NCBI GenBank assembly: GCA_036497945.1
Contig: DASXIN010000023.1
Location: forward strand, 54,140 to 118,139
DNA length: 64,000 bases
Source of the DNA: Streptosporangiaceae bacterium
GTDB lineage: Bacteria > Actinomycetota > Actinomycetes > Streptosporangiales > Streptosporangiaceae
Direction: 5' to 3'
Made by a program: the position numbers and the translations under genes. Numbering within the stretch: position 1 is the first letter of the stretch; every line of letters begins with the position of its first letter. Positions 53,014 to 62,463 of the stretch are shown one piece after another. Below the pieces are notes generated by a model, which did no database searches, had not been told where the DNA came from, and saw only the letters and a list, made by a program, of their open reading frames with translations.

Positions 53014-54009
53014 ATGGCTGACCAGCCCAGCCTGGCCCGGCTAACCTTTGTAGACTCGGCATACATGAGGCAGCGGCTGGATGCTTCCGTTCGGCAGCGG
53101 CTGGATCAGCTTCCCAGCGGGGCCCGATCCCTGCGGCTGCCCAGGTCCAGCCGGCAGCGCGCGGAGCTGGCCGGGGCCGCCTCGGCGGCGGCGGCCACGG
53201 TCGACCAGGAGCCGCCGCAGCCGGACCCGACGGCGGGCGCATTCTTCGATGTGGACAACACGCTGATCCGCGGCGCGTCTATTTACTACTTCGCCCGCGG
53301 CCTGGCCGCGCGCGACATGTTCGGCCCGCGCGACCTGGCCCGGATGGCCTGGGGCCAGGTGTTCTTCCGGCTCCGCGGCGCCGAGAGCTCAGATCACATC
53401 GACGCGGCGCGGGAGGCCGCGCTCTCGTTCGTGGCCGGGCACAAGGTGGCCGACATAGTCAGCCTGAGCGAAGAGATCTTCGACGAGACCATGGCCGACC
53501 GGGTCTGGGCGGGCACCCGCGAGCTGGCCCTGGGCCACCTGCGCGCCGGGCAGCGGGTCTGGCTGGTCACCGCGACCCCGGTGGAACTGGCCACGGTCAT
53601 CTCGCAGCGGCTCGGGCTGACCGGGGCGCTGGGCACGGTGGCCGAGTCGGTGGACGGCGTGTACACCGGCCGGCTGGTCGGCGGGCTGCTGCACGGCCAG
53701 GCCAAGGCGGCGGCGGTGGCCTCGCTGGCCGAGCGCGAGGGCCTGGACCTGGCCCGCTGCGCCGCGTACAGCGACTCGGCCAACGACCTGCCGATGCTCC
53801 GCCTGGTCGGCCACCCGCACGCGGTCAACCCGGACGTACGGCTGCGCGCCGAGGCCCGGCGCAACGACTGGCCGGTATACGACTTCCGGTCCGGCCGGAA
53901 GGCGACCCTGATCGCGCTGCCCACGGCCGCCGCCACCGGCGCGGTGATCGGCGGGGTGGCCGCCGCGTTCGCGCTGCGCCGGCGGCACCAGCGCAACAGC
54001 AGCGACTGA
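53014..54009 (+). CDS. HAD-IB family hydrolase (SerB-like phosphoserine phosphatase family) with C-terminal TM helix
   Basis: FFDVDNTLIRG (DxDxT), VTATP, SDSANDLPML motifs. Start uncertain, with ATG candidates at 52972, 53014 and 53066. Confidence 0.78.
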   Translation: MADQPSLARLTFVDSAYMRQRLDASVRQRLDQLPSGARSLRLPRSSRQRAELAGAASAAAATVDQEPPQPDPTAGAFFDVDNTLIRGASIYYFARGLAARDMFGPRDLARMAWGQVFFRLRGAESSDHIDAAREAALSFVAGHKVADIVSLSEEIFDETMADRVWAGTRELALGHLRAGQRVWLVTATPVELATVISQRLGLTGALGTVAESVDGVYTGRLVGGLLHGQAKAAAVASLAEREGLDLARCAAYSDSANDLPMLRLVGHPHAVNPDVRLRAEARRNDWPVYDFRSGRKATLIALPTAAATGAVIGGVAAAFALRRRHQRNSSD

Positions 54010-54016
54010 CCAGGCC

Positions 54017-55120
54017 CTAGCCGAACACCGGGCCGCGCTCGGCCTGCAGTTCGTCCAGCTTGTGCTGCACGATGCCACGCACCTCGGCGGTCAGCTCGGC
54101 CACGGCCACCTGGTCCCGCCACGCCCCGGCCGGGTAGCCCGCAGTCGGCACCGGCGGGCAGAACTCGATGATCCACTGGGACGGCAGCGGCACCGCGCCG
54201 ACTGGCCCCAGCCATGGGAACAGCGGAGTGACCGGGAAGTAAGGCAGCCCCAGCATCCGGGCCAATGGCTTGGCGTTGGCCAGCATCGGGTAGATCTCCT
54301 CGGCACCGACGATCGCGCACGGGATGATCGGCACCCGGGCGCGCAGCGCGGACACCGCGAACCCGCCGCGGCCGAAACGGCGCAGCTGGTACCGGTCGCG
54401 GAACGGCTTGCCGATGCCCTTGAACCCTTCCGGGAACACGCCGACCAGCTCACCGTCGAGCAGCAGCCGGTGCGCGTTGGCCGGGCAGGCCCGGGTGTGC
54501 CCGGAGCGGCGGGCCAGGTAGGACAGCACGGGCAGCTCATAGACCAGATCCGCGCCGAGCAGCCGCAGGTTGCGGTGCGCGGGATGGTCGTCGTGCAGCC
54601 CGGTCTGCAGCATGATCGCGTCCAGCGGCAGCGTGCCGGAATGATTGGCTACCACCAGGGCAGCCCCGGTTGACGGCACATTTTCCAGGCCCTGCATCCG
54701 GACCCGGAACCACTGCTGGTACAGCAGCCGGGCCACCGGGATCAGCAGCCGGGAGTTGAATTCCGGGTCGAAGCCGAACTCGTCGACCTCACCCTCGCCC
54801 GTCACCTGACGCCGGGCGAAGTCGACCGCGTCGGCCAGCCACCCGGGCCAGGAGCCGTTCTGGCTGGCCGGGCCGCCCGGAGTCACCAGCCCGGCACCTT
54901 CCGACCAGCGCCGCGGCGCCGGGCCGGCCCCTTGGCCGCTACCCCGGCCGAGCGTGATGTCCGGCTGGAATACAGTGCTAGCCCGGGGGGGCGACCCCCC
55001 GGATCCCCCGATCGCCGCTCCGCGCCGAGCAGCGGCAAGCCGCCGCAGTTCTGCGGAGCTCCCTGATCGGCGCTGCGCGCCGAGGCCGGCTCCGCCGGCC
55101 GAACTGTCCTGCTGTGCCAA
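54017..55120 (-). CDS. lysophospholipid/1-acylglycerol-3-phosphate acyltransferase family protein
   Basis: VVANHSGTLPLDAIM acyltransferase block, FPEGFKG, IIPCAIVGAEE. Gly/Ala/Ser-rich N-terminal extension. Confidence 0.83.
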   Translation of the reverse strand: MAQQDSSAGGAGLGAQRRSGSSAELRRLAAARRGAAIGGSGGSPPRASTVFQPDITLGRGSGQGAGPAPRRWSEGAGLVTPGGPASQNGSWPGWLADAVDFARRQVTGEGEVDEFGFDPEFNSRLLIPVARLLYQQWFRVRMQGLENVPSTGAALVVANHSGTLPLDAIMLQTGLHDDHPAHRNLRLLGADLVYELPVLSYLARRSGHTRACPANAHRLLLDGELVGVFPEGFKGIGKPFRDRYQLRRFGRGGFAVSALRARVPIIPCAIVGAEEIYPMLANAKPLARMLGLPYFPVTPLFPWLGPVGAVPLPSQWIIEFCPPVPTAGYPAGAWRDQVAVAELTAEVRGIVQHKLDELQAERGPVFG

Positions 55121-55141
55121 CCGTGCCCCCCCGGCCTGCGG

Positions 55142-55240
55142 TTACTTCTTGTTGCGCCGCTGCACGCGGGTTTTCCGCAGCAGCTTGCGGTGCTTCTTCT
55201 TAGCCATCCGCTTCCGGCGCTTCTTGATGACGGAGCCCAC
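55142..55240 (-). CDS. 30S ribosomal protein bS22 (actinobacterial 32-33-aa basic protein)
   Basis: Absent from the ORF track because it is under 60 aa. GTG 55240 to TAA 55142 encodes (M)[31 protein letters not shown], essentially the mycobacterial bS22 sequence as I remember it. GAGGGTGG Shine-Dalgarno upstream. Confidence 0.85.
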   Translation of the reverse strand: MGSVIKKRRKRMAKKKHRKLLRKTRVQRRNKK

Positions 55241-55370
55241 GAAACCACCCTCACTCGGGATTGAGGCAACAAGGCGTACGACGCATTCGCCCGATGCCGG
55301 TTGGCTGGGCACACGCCAGCCTCACAGGCTACCCGCCGCTGCGCCATCCCGGTGCAGTGCCCCAGCGACA

Positions 55371-55574
55371 TCAGCTCGCGGCTACGAACGAACCCTTCAG
55401 ATACCGGTTGACCGCCTGCTCGGGAACGCGGAAAGAGCGACCGACCCGGATCGCCTCCAGCTCACCTGAGTGCACCAGCCGGTAGACGGTCATCTTGGAG
55501 ACGCGCATGATCGAGGCCACTTCGGCCACGGTCAGGAACTTGACGTCGCTCAGCGGTGTTTCGCCTGCAGCCAT
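55371..55574 (-). CDS. excisionase-family helix-turn-helix DNA-binding protein (Rv0500A-like)
   Basis: LTVAEVASIMRVSKMTVYRLVHSGELEAIRVGRSFRVPEQAV, 67 aa. Conserved partner of bS22 and proC. Confidence 0.88.
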   Translation of the reverse strand: MAAGETPLSDVKFLTVAEVASIMRVSKMTVYRLVHSGELEAIRVGRSFRVPEQAVNRYLKGSFVAAS

Positions 55575-55719
55575 CTGCTTTTCCCTCTTCCGCGCGGAGC
55601 CGAGTGCGCCTGGCCGGATTCAGCGCATCAGTCACCTCCGTCCCCAGCGTAAGTCCTGTGTGGAAAAGGGCAACCCCGCCGCTGGGCCCATCCCAGGTCA
55701 CACCTTGGCAAAAGCCCGC

Positions 55720-56886
55720 TCAGGGACCGGGGAAAAGGCCGTGGCTGGGAAAGACCGCGCTGCGGGTGGCCATGATCGCCCGGTCCACCGGATCAGCCGG
55801 GTCGTAGCCACCCTCGAACGGGGTGAAGTCGGCCGCCGCCCCCTCGGTCATCCGCTCCGGCGCGGCCACCCCGGTCCGGGCCAGCGTGTACTCGCGCCAC
55901 TGCGCCGGAGTCGGCGTGGCCTGGTCGATCGGCTGGCCGGCCGCCTCGGCCAGCAGGTGCGTCCAGGTCCGCGGCACCACCTGGACCAGCTCGTAGCCGC
56001 CGCCCCCGGTGAGCAGCCAGCGGCCGCCCGCGGTCTCGTGCGCGAGCTGGTGCAGCCGCTGATGGGCGACCCGTTGCCCGTCGATGCTCAGCTCCAGGTG
56101 GGCCAGCGGGTCCAGCCGGTGCGTGTCACAGCCGTGCTGGCTGACCAGGATGTCCGGGCGGAATTGGCGCAGCAGCGGTGGCACCACCGCGTCGAACGCG
56201 CGCAGCCAGCCCGCGTCGCCGGTGCCAGCGGGCAGCGCCACGTTGACCGCCAGCCCGCCGGCGTTCGGGCCGCCCGTATCACTCGGCAGCCCGGTGCCAG
56301 GGAACAGCGTCATCGGGTGCTCGTGCAGGCTGATGGTGAGCACCCGCGGGTCGTCGTAAAAGGCGGCTTCCACCCCGTCGCCGTGGTGCACGTCGATGTC
56401 CACGTAGCCGATCCGGGGCACCCCCGCGGCGAGCAGCCAGCGGATCGCGATGGCCGGGTCGTTGTATACGCAGAACCCGCTGGCCATCCGGTGCATGGCG
56501 TGGTGCAGGCCGCCGGCCACGTTCACGCCGTGCTCGGCGCGCCCCTGGTGCACCGCGGCCGCCGCGCCCAGGGTGGCCCCGGCGACCAGCGCCGACGCGT
56601 CGTGCATGCCCGGGAAGACCGGGTTGTCCGGGGTGCCCAGCCCGAACGACGGGTCCGGCGCGGCCGCCCGCACCGCGTCGATGTACTGCGGGTCGTGCAC
56701 CAGCTCGAGCTGGTCCTGGCTGGCCGGCGACGGCGCCGCGACCAGCACCCCAGCCCCGTCCAGCACCCGTAGCGCCCGGGCCAGCGCCATGGTCAGGTCC
56801 ACCCGGACCGGCGCCAGCGGGTGGCCGGGACCGAAGTCGTAACTGGTCAGCCGGTCATCCCAGGCCACGTGCAGGGTGCAGGTCAT
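55720..56886 (-). CDS. histone-deacetylase-family enzyme (AcuC-like acetoin utilization/deacetylase)
   Basis: GGLHHAM, DIDVHHGDGVE, and LTGGGGY-type C-terminal motif. Confidence 0.87.
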   Translation of the reverse strand: MTCTLHVAWDDRLTSYDFGPGHPLAPVRVDLTMALARALRVLDGAGVLVAAPSPASQDQLELVHDPQYIDAVRAAAPDPSFGLGTPDNPVFPGMHDASALVAGATLGAAAAVHQGRAEHGVNVAGGLHHAMHRMASGFCVYNDPAIAIRWLLAAGVPRIGYVDIDVHHGDGVEAAFYDDPRVLTISLHEHPMTLFPGTGLPSDTGGPNAGGLAVNVALPAGTGDAGWLRAFDAVVPPLLRQFRPDILVSQHGCDTHRLDPLAHLELSIDGQRVAHQRLHQLAHETAGGRWLLTGGGGYELVQVVPRTWTHLLAEAAGQPIDQATPTPAQWREYTLARTGVAAPERMTEGAAADFTPFEGGYDPADPVDRAIMATRSAVFPSHGLFPGP

Positions 56887-57677
56887 CCGCTGCCCAGCTC
56901 CTGGCCGCGGTCCCGGGCCGCCTCGATCGCGGCCAGGAACGCGGCGCGCACCCCGTGCACCTCCAGCTCGCGGATGGCCGAGATCGTCGTCCCGCCGGGT
57001 GAGGTCACCGCCTCGCGCAGGATCACCGGATGCTCGCCGGTCTCGCGCAGCATGGTGGCCGCGCCGTACACCGCCTGGATGACCATTTCCAGCGCCGTGC
57101 CGCGCGGCATGCCGAGCAGGATCCCGGCGTCCACCATGGCCTCGACCAGGAAGTACACGTAGGCCGGGCCGCTGCCGGACAGCGCCGTGGCCGCGTCCTG
57201 CTGGGACTCCGGGATGCGCAGCACCTTGCCCACCGGGCGGAGCAGCTCCTCGGCCCGGGTCAGGTGCTCCGGCCGGGCGAATGCGCCAGCCGAGATGACG
57301 CTCATCGCCTCGTCCACCAGTACCGGGGTGTTCGACATGACCCGGACGACCGGCACGTCCACGCCGAACCGCCGCTCGATGAACTCCGTGGTGATGCCGG
57401 CCGCCACCGAGATGAGCAGCTTGTCCGCGGGCACGTGCGGCGCGATCTCGTCCAGCATGGCGGGCATGTCCTGCGGCTTGACCGTGATGATCAGCGTGTC
57501 GGCGCTCTTGGCCGCGTCCGCGGCGCTCAGGATGGCCACGCCGTAGGCGGTACGCAGCTGGTCGGCCCGCTCCGGCCGGCGGACCACGGCGGCCACCCCG
57601 GACGGCGGCCGGCCGGCCCGCAGCAGCCCGGAGATGAGCGCCTCGCCCATCTTCCCCGCCCCGAAGATCCCGATCAC
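56883..57677 (-). CDS. proC: pyrroline-5-carboxylate reductase
   Basis: IGIFGAGKMGEAL Rossmann motif, MSNTPVLV, SPGGTTISAI signature. Confidence 0.93.
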   Translation of the reverse strand: MIGIFGAGKMGEALISGLLRAGRPPSGVAAVVRRPERADQLRTAYGVAILSAADAAKSADTLIITVKPQDMPAMLDEIAPHVPADKLLISVAAGITTEFIERRFGVDVPVVRVMSNTPVLVDEAMSVISAGAFARPEHLTRAEELLRPVGKVLRIPESQQDAATALSGSGPAYVYFLVEAMVDAGILLGMPRGTALEMVIQAVYGAATMLRETGEHPVILREAVTSPGGTTISAIRELEVHGVRAAFLAAIEAARDRGQELGSG

Positions 57678-57702
57678 AGGAGGAGAGCCTACGCCGACCC
57701 GG

Positions 57703-58638
57703 TCACCGGGCGGTGGCCAGCGACCGGAGGAAGAACGAGACGTTGGCCGGCCGCTCGGCCAGCCGACGGACCAGGTAGCGGTACCAGTCGCTGCCGTAGG
57801 GCAGGTACACCCGGACCTGCGCGCCGGTGCTGGCCAGCCGGCGCTGCTCGGCCGGGCGGACGCCGTACAGCATCTGGAACTCGAAGCTCTCCGGCGACCG
57901 CGCGGCCAGCGCCGCCTGCGCCGCGGCGATCTGGATCAGCCGCTGGTCGTGGGTGGCCAGCATGGGGTAGCCCGGGCCGTCCATCAGCACTCGCAGGCAG
58001 CGCGCGTAGCTGCGGTCCACCTCGTGCTTGGTGGGGTAGGCCGCGCTGTCCGGCGCGTCGTACGCCCCCTTGCACAGCCGGACCCGCGACCCGGGCGTGG
58101 CCAGCGTGGCGCAGTCCGCGGCCGACCGGCGCAACTGGGCCTGGATCACACAGCCCAGGTCGGGGTAGTCCGCGCGCAGCTCGGCCACGATGCGCAGCGT
58201 GGCGTCCACCCAGCCGTGCTCCTCCATGTCCACCGTCACGGTGGTGCCGGCCTGCCGGGCCGCCGCGCAGATCCGGGCGATGTTCTCGGTGGCCGTCTTC
58301 ACGCCGTGCTCGGCCAGGCCCAGGCCGACCGCGCTGGGCTTGACGGAGACTTCGGCCCGGCCGTCCCGGGCCAGCCCGGCCGCGGCCAGCTGGCCGAGCA
58401 GCCCGGTGTACTCGGCCGTCACCGCAGCCGCCTGATCCGGGTCCTCGGTGTCCTCGCCCAGGTGGTCCAGGGAGACCAGCAGGCCGCCGGCCACCAGGTC
58501 CCGGGTCACCTGCACCGCGTCCGCGGTAGTCTCGCCGGCCACGTACCGGGCCACCAGGCCCCGGGTGACCGGCGTCGAAGTGACCAGCTGCCGCGTCCGG
58601 TCACTGTCCGACGCGGCCAGCAGCATCCGCCGCAGCAC
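57703..58638 (-). CDS. proline dehydrogenase
   Basis: SLDHLGE, RVRLCKGAY, FQMLYGVR and YLPYG motifs of monofunctional PRODH. Confidence 0.87.
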   Translation of the reverse strand: MLRRMLLAASDSDRTRQLVTSTPVTRGLVARYVAGETTADAVQVTRDLVAGGLLVSLDHLGEDTEDPDQAAAVTAEYTGLLGQLAAAGLARDGRAEVSVKPSAVGLGLAEHGVKTATENIARICAAARQAGTTVTVDMEEHGWVDATLRIVAELRADYPDLGCVIQAQLRRSAADCATLATPGSRVRLCKGAYDAPDSAAYPTKHEVDRSYARCLRVLMDGPGYPMLATHDQRLIQIAAAQAALAARSPESFEFQMLYGVRPAEQRRLASTGAQVRVYLPYGSDWYRYLVRRLAERPANVSFFLRSLATAR

Positions 58639-58655
58639 GATCCGCTCCTCCAGTT

Positions 58656-59684
58656 CTAGCGCAGCAGCCCAGGCCGGCGCTTCAGCGTGACCTTAACGTT
58701 CGCCCCCGCGTCGGGCGGCACCAAGACCTCCTGTGTGGCCGGCACGCCGCCCGCCAGCAGCGTGGCGCCGGTCGGCGTCGTGCGCTTGACCAGCGCGAGC
58801 CCGATCGGCCCGAGCTCGTAGTGCCGCGCCGCGGAGCCGACGAACCCGACCGCCGCCCCGTCCAGCTCAACCGGGTCATTATGCCCGGGCAGCCGGTCCT
58901 CGCTGCCATCCAGGTGCAGGAACACCAGCCGGCGCGGCGGATGGCCCAGGTTGTGCACCCGGGCCACCGTCTCCTGGCCGCGGTAGCAGCCCTTGTCCAG
59001 ATGCACCGCCGCGTCGATCCAGCCGACCTCGTGCGGGATGGTCCGGTGGTCGGTGTCCAGCGCGAACCGCGGCCGGTGTGCCGCGATCCGCAGCGCCTCA
59101 TACGCCTGCATACCGGCCAGCGCCAGGCCCTGCTCCCGTAGCTGCCGCACTGCGGCCTCCAGCCGGTCCCGCTCGACAAGGACATCGATACCGAACGCCC
59201 CCCGGATGGCCGCGGCCGTCCCGTCCGGCAGCGGGACATCGGCAGCCGGGCCCAGCAGCGTGAGCACCGCGTACTCGGCGCTGACATCGGCCGGGTCCAC
59301 CCGGAGCATGAACCGCATCGACTCCAGGAAGCTGAGCAGCCCGGCCGCTCCCGGGGTGCCCGGCTCCACGTGCACCCATGTAACAGCGCCGTCGTCGGTC
59401 AGCGTCAGGTGATGCTCGATGTGCCCGTTCGGGCTGAGCACCAGCGCCTCGGCCGCGCCACCTGGCCCGAGCTGCTCCAGGTGCTGGGTGGTCAGGCTGT
59501 GCAGCCAGCTCAGCCGGTCCGGGCCGGTGATCCGCAGCACCCCCCGGTTGGACCGGTCCACCAGGCCTGCCGTCAGGTCGAGGGCGCGTTGCTCGGCGTA
59601 CGGGTCGCCGTAGTGCGCGGCGACTCCCGTGTCAGGGCCCTCGGCGGGCACGGCACCAGCGACCTTCAGCAGCGGACTGTCCAT
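58656..59684 (-). CDS. ygfZ: folate-binding protein YgfZ (GcvT-like fold)
   Basis: Signature KGCYRGQE, plus the aminomethyltransferase-like N-terminal domain. Confidence 0.85.
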   Translation of the reverse strand: MDSPLLKVAGAVPAEGPDTGVAAHYGDPYAEQRALDLTAGLVDRSNRGVLRITGPDRLSWLHSLTTQHLEQLGPGGAAEALVLSPNGHIEHHLTLTDDGAVTWVHVEPGTPGAAGLLSFLESMRFMLRVDPADVSAEYAVLTLLGPAADVPLPDGTAAAIRGAFGIDVLVERDRLEAAVRQLREQGLALAGMQAYEALRIAAHRPRFALDTDHRTIPHEVGWIDAAVHLDKGCYRGQETVARVHNLGHPPRRLVFLHLDGSEDRLPGHNDPVELDGAAVGFVGSAARHYELGPIGLALVKRTTPTGATLLAGGVPATQEVLVPPDAGANVKVTLKRRPGLLR

Positions 59685-59694
59685 ACCTGCCAGG

Positions 59695-60114
59695 CTATGC
59701 GCCTGGCCGGCAGTCGGCGCAGCGGCCGAACACGGTGAGGTGGCCGACGTCGGTCTCGAAGCCGTACTTCGCGGCCAGCCCGGTGACCAGCGGGCTGACT
59801 TCCTCCGGCCCGATCTGGGTGATCCGGCCGCACCCCGAGCAGACCAGGTGCACGTGCTCAGCCTCGGCGGCCAGGTGGTACCGGGGCGCGCCGTGCCCGA
59901 GGTGGGTGTGTGTGACCAGGCCGAGCTGCTCCAGCAGTTCCAGGGCCCGGTAGATGGTGGAGATGTTCACCCCGCGTGCGGTCTGCTGCACGGTGGCGCA
60001 GATTTCCTCCGGGGTGCCGTGCTCCAGTTTGGTGACCGCCTCCAGCACCAGCTGGCGCTGCGGGGTGACGCGGTATCCGCGTGCCCGCAGCTCCTTGTCC
60101 CACGCCTGCGCCAC
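59695..60114 (-). CDS. Fur family transcriptional regulator
   Basis: RVTPQRQLVLEAV winged helix, HTHLGH metal site, CSGCG ... CADC structural zinc site. Which Fur paralogue it is cannot be told. Confidence 0.9.
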   Translation of the reverse strand: MAQAWDKELRARGYRVTPQRQLVLEAVTKLEHGTPEEICATVQQTARGVNISTIYRALELLEQLGLVTHTHLGHGAPRYHLAAEAEHVHLVCSGCGRITQIGPEEVSPLVTGLAAKYGFETDVGHLTVFGRCADCRPGA

Positions 60115-60141
60115 GAACTGAGATTAACCCCTTAGCAGGCC

Positions 60142-60909
60142 ATGTCCGCCCGCCGACCAGTTTTGCCCGGCCGCAGAGTCTATATGTCTGTGACCGCTGA
60201 GGTGCCGAGCTGGCTGGAGCCCTACCCGGACGTCCTGCTCGACGGCCTGCCGGACCGGGCGCCCGGTCCGGAAGCGCGCTATGGGACCAGCGAGTCCATG
60301 TCGCTGGCCTTCCTGGCCGCGCTGCAATGCCTGCCACCCCAGCAGCGCGCCGTGCTGATCCTGCGCGACGTGCTCGGCTTCCCGGCCGCCGAGGTGGCCG
60401 ACATGCTGGACAGCACCGAGCAGGCGGTGACCAGCGCGCTCGGCCGGGCCCGCGCCACGCTGGCCGGCCGGCTGCCGGGCGCGGACCGCGAGCACCCGCC
60501 GCTGCCGCACTCGGCCCGCGAGCGGAAGATCGTCGCCGAGTTCGCCCGGGCGTTCGAGCACAGCGACATGCCAGCCATCCTGGCCCTGCTGACCGACGAT
60601 GTGCGGCTGACCATGCCGCCGCTGGCCCTGGAGTACCAGGGCCTGGCGGCCACCGGCCACTTCCTGTCCAGCATCGCGTTCCGGGACGGCAGCCGGTACC
60701 GGCTGCTGCCCACGCACGCCAACCGCCAGCCCGCGTTCGGCTGCTACCTGGTCGATCCGCGGACCACGGTGCTGCACGCGCACGGCCTGCTCGTGCTCAC
60801 CCTGTCCGGCGACCGGATCTCGGCGCTGACCCGGTTCATCGACAACGGGCTGCTGCCGCACTTCGGCTTCCCGCGGACGCTGCCGCCCAGCTGCCCGGGC
60901 GGCGGATAA
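60142..60909 (+). pseudogene. ECF (group-41-like) sigma factor lacking the sigma-2 domain: linker, sigma-4 and SnoaL/NTF2-like C-terminal extension only
   Basis: WLEPYPDVLL linker, sigma-4 HTH LPPQQRAVLILRDVLGFPAAEVADMLDSTEQAVTSALGRAR, and C-terminal DDVRLTMPP...GLLVLTL NTF2-like domain. No room for sigma-2, because the fur start is only 27 nt upstream. Confidence 0.6.
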
Positions 60910-61356
60910 CCCATTTGCCTGCCCCGAGGGACTGACATAACCTTTCGGCAACGCGGGAAAGGAGGTGGTCCAACGCATGTGTAGCAGTCGGACTCGCGAG
61001 GTGGCTGTCCGCTAGCCGCCGTCCCGCCGAGGCACTGGTGTGCTGTGACCACCGGTGCCATCACCGGCTCGCGCATCGCGCGCGGCGGCCGGCGAATATC
61101 GGCAGACACCGGACCCCCGGGTTGACTGGTCTGTCCAGCCAGTCCCCGCGTTGCTCATCGTGAGCAGCCGGGAGCCGCCCGGGGGTTTTAATTTGCCCGG
61201 CGTCAATTTCCTTCGCCTTCCACCTGGTGCCGCGCAGGCCGGACCAGCCACCGGGTCACGCAGCAGCCCAGCTCGCTCTACCAGGCAAGGGCGTTCGGCA
61301 CCTAGTGGCTCGGCTAGCGCTGAGCCGCGGTGCGCCGGCGGTGCCCGGCCAGCCGC

Positions 61357-61857
61357 CTAGCTGACGCGCTTGAGCTGCGCCGACAGGTGCGGCTGCAGTG
61401 GCTGGCCCATGGCCGCCATGTCGAAGGCCCAGCCCAGGTCGGCGCCGATCAGCCCGTACAGCCGGTGCCCGGCGGTGACGTCCTTGGCCGTGGCGGTCCG
61501 GGCGACCACGTCCGTGCTCATCTCGACCTTGGTGCCGGCGATCTCGCCGACGTAGATCTCGGCGATCCCGGTCGGCTCGGCCAGCACCACCTCGATCTGC
61601 CCATCGGGCTGCGGGCGCCAGTAGCCGGTCTCGGTGTGCGACGGGCGGATCAGGTTGCCGTCCTCGTCGAGCAGCCAGGTCCGGCTGGAGTAGATCAGGA
61701 ATGGCTTGCCGATGTGGCTGAAGGTGATCTCCTGGCCGAACCGGAAGCTCTCGATGGTCGGGTACCCGCCGACCCCGGCGCCCTCCCAGCGGCCCAGCAG
61801 GAAGCGCACCGGTTCCAGGTCGGGATGGGGTTCCGGCAGGTCTGGCTGGCTAGGCAT
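61357..61857 (-). CDS. nitrobindin-like haem-binding beta-barrel protein (FABP/DUF1794 family)
   Basis: LLGRWEGAGVGGYPTIESFRFGQEITF ... GYWRP motifs, 166 aa. Confidence 0.85.
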   Translation of the reverse strand: MPSQPDLPEPHPDLEPVRFLLGRWEGAGVGGYPTIESFRFGQEITFSHIGKPFLIYSSRTWLLDEDGNLIRPSHTETGYWRPQPDGQIEVVLAEPTGIAEIYVGEIAGTKVEMSTDVVARTATAKDVTAGHRLYGLIGADLGWAFDMAAMGQPLQPHLSAQLKRVS

Positions 61858-61990
61858 CGGGCCGCTCCCCGGCCGCGTCGACGCCCACTCCCCGGGTGGT
61901 GCGCAGCAGCCGCATAGCTAGCAGCGCGGCCAGCACCACGACCACGGCGAACGCGCCCACCAGGAGAAGCCCGGTGACGATTCCGTGCAT
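61850..61990 (-). CDS. 46-aa single-TM protein
   Basis: ATG 61990 preceded by GGAGGGAGGA. MHGIVTGLLLVGAFAVVVVLAALLAM helix. 8-nt overlap with the nitrobindin gene start. Confidence 0.5.
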   Translation of the reverse strand: MHGIVTGLLLVGAFAVVVVLAALLAMRLLRTTRGVGVDAAGERPDA

Positions 61991-62088
61991 GATCGTCCTC
62001 CCTCCTGCCTCCAGCAGTGTACGGAGGGGCGGGGCTGGGCGGGGGCGTCCGCCATGCCGGCCCCGGCGTGTCACGTTAAGGTGCCAGC

Positions 62089-62454
62089 ATGAGCGCGCGC
62101 AGCCTCGTCATCAAGATCACCGCAGGCAAGGACGACCCGGAACGCTGCAACCAGGGATTCAACGTGGCCGCGGCTGCGGTGGCCAGCGGAATCACGACGT
62201 CACTGTGGCTGACCGGGGAGGCGTCCTGGTTCGCGCTGCCGGGGCGGGCCGACGATTTCAGCCTGCCGCACGCGCCGCCGCTGGCCGACCTGCTGGCCAG
62301 TGTGCTGGCCACCGGGACGGTGACGCTGTGCACCCAGTGCGCGGCCCGGCGGGACATCGTCCCGGCGGACACCATCCAGGGTGTGCGCATCGCGGGCGCG
62401 GCCACGTTCGTGGCCGAGGCGTGCGCGGACGGCGCGCAGGCGCTCGTCTACTGA
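62089..62454 (+). CDS. DsrE/DsrF-like family protein
   Basis: 121 aa. SLVIKITAGKDDPERCNQGFNVA and a conserved Cys (LCTQCA) in a DsrE-like layout. Confidence 0.78.
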   Translation: MSARSLVIKITAGKDDPERCNQGFNVAAAAVASGITTSLWLTGEASWFALPGRADDFSLPHAPPLADLLASVLATGTVTLCTQCAARRDIVPADTIQGVRIAGAATFVAEACADGAQALVY

Positions 62455-62463
62455 GCTTCGGGG

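Noticed and set aside
60955-60975. Minus-strand sequence GGACCACCTCCTTTCCC, considered as a fragment of a 16S rRNA 3' end
   Set aside because: Only about 14 nt match the 16S tail and nothing resembling helix 45 or the ITS flanks it. It is more simply read as a plus-strand Shine-Dalgarno-like element, as reported in the findings.
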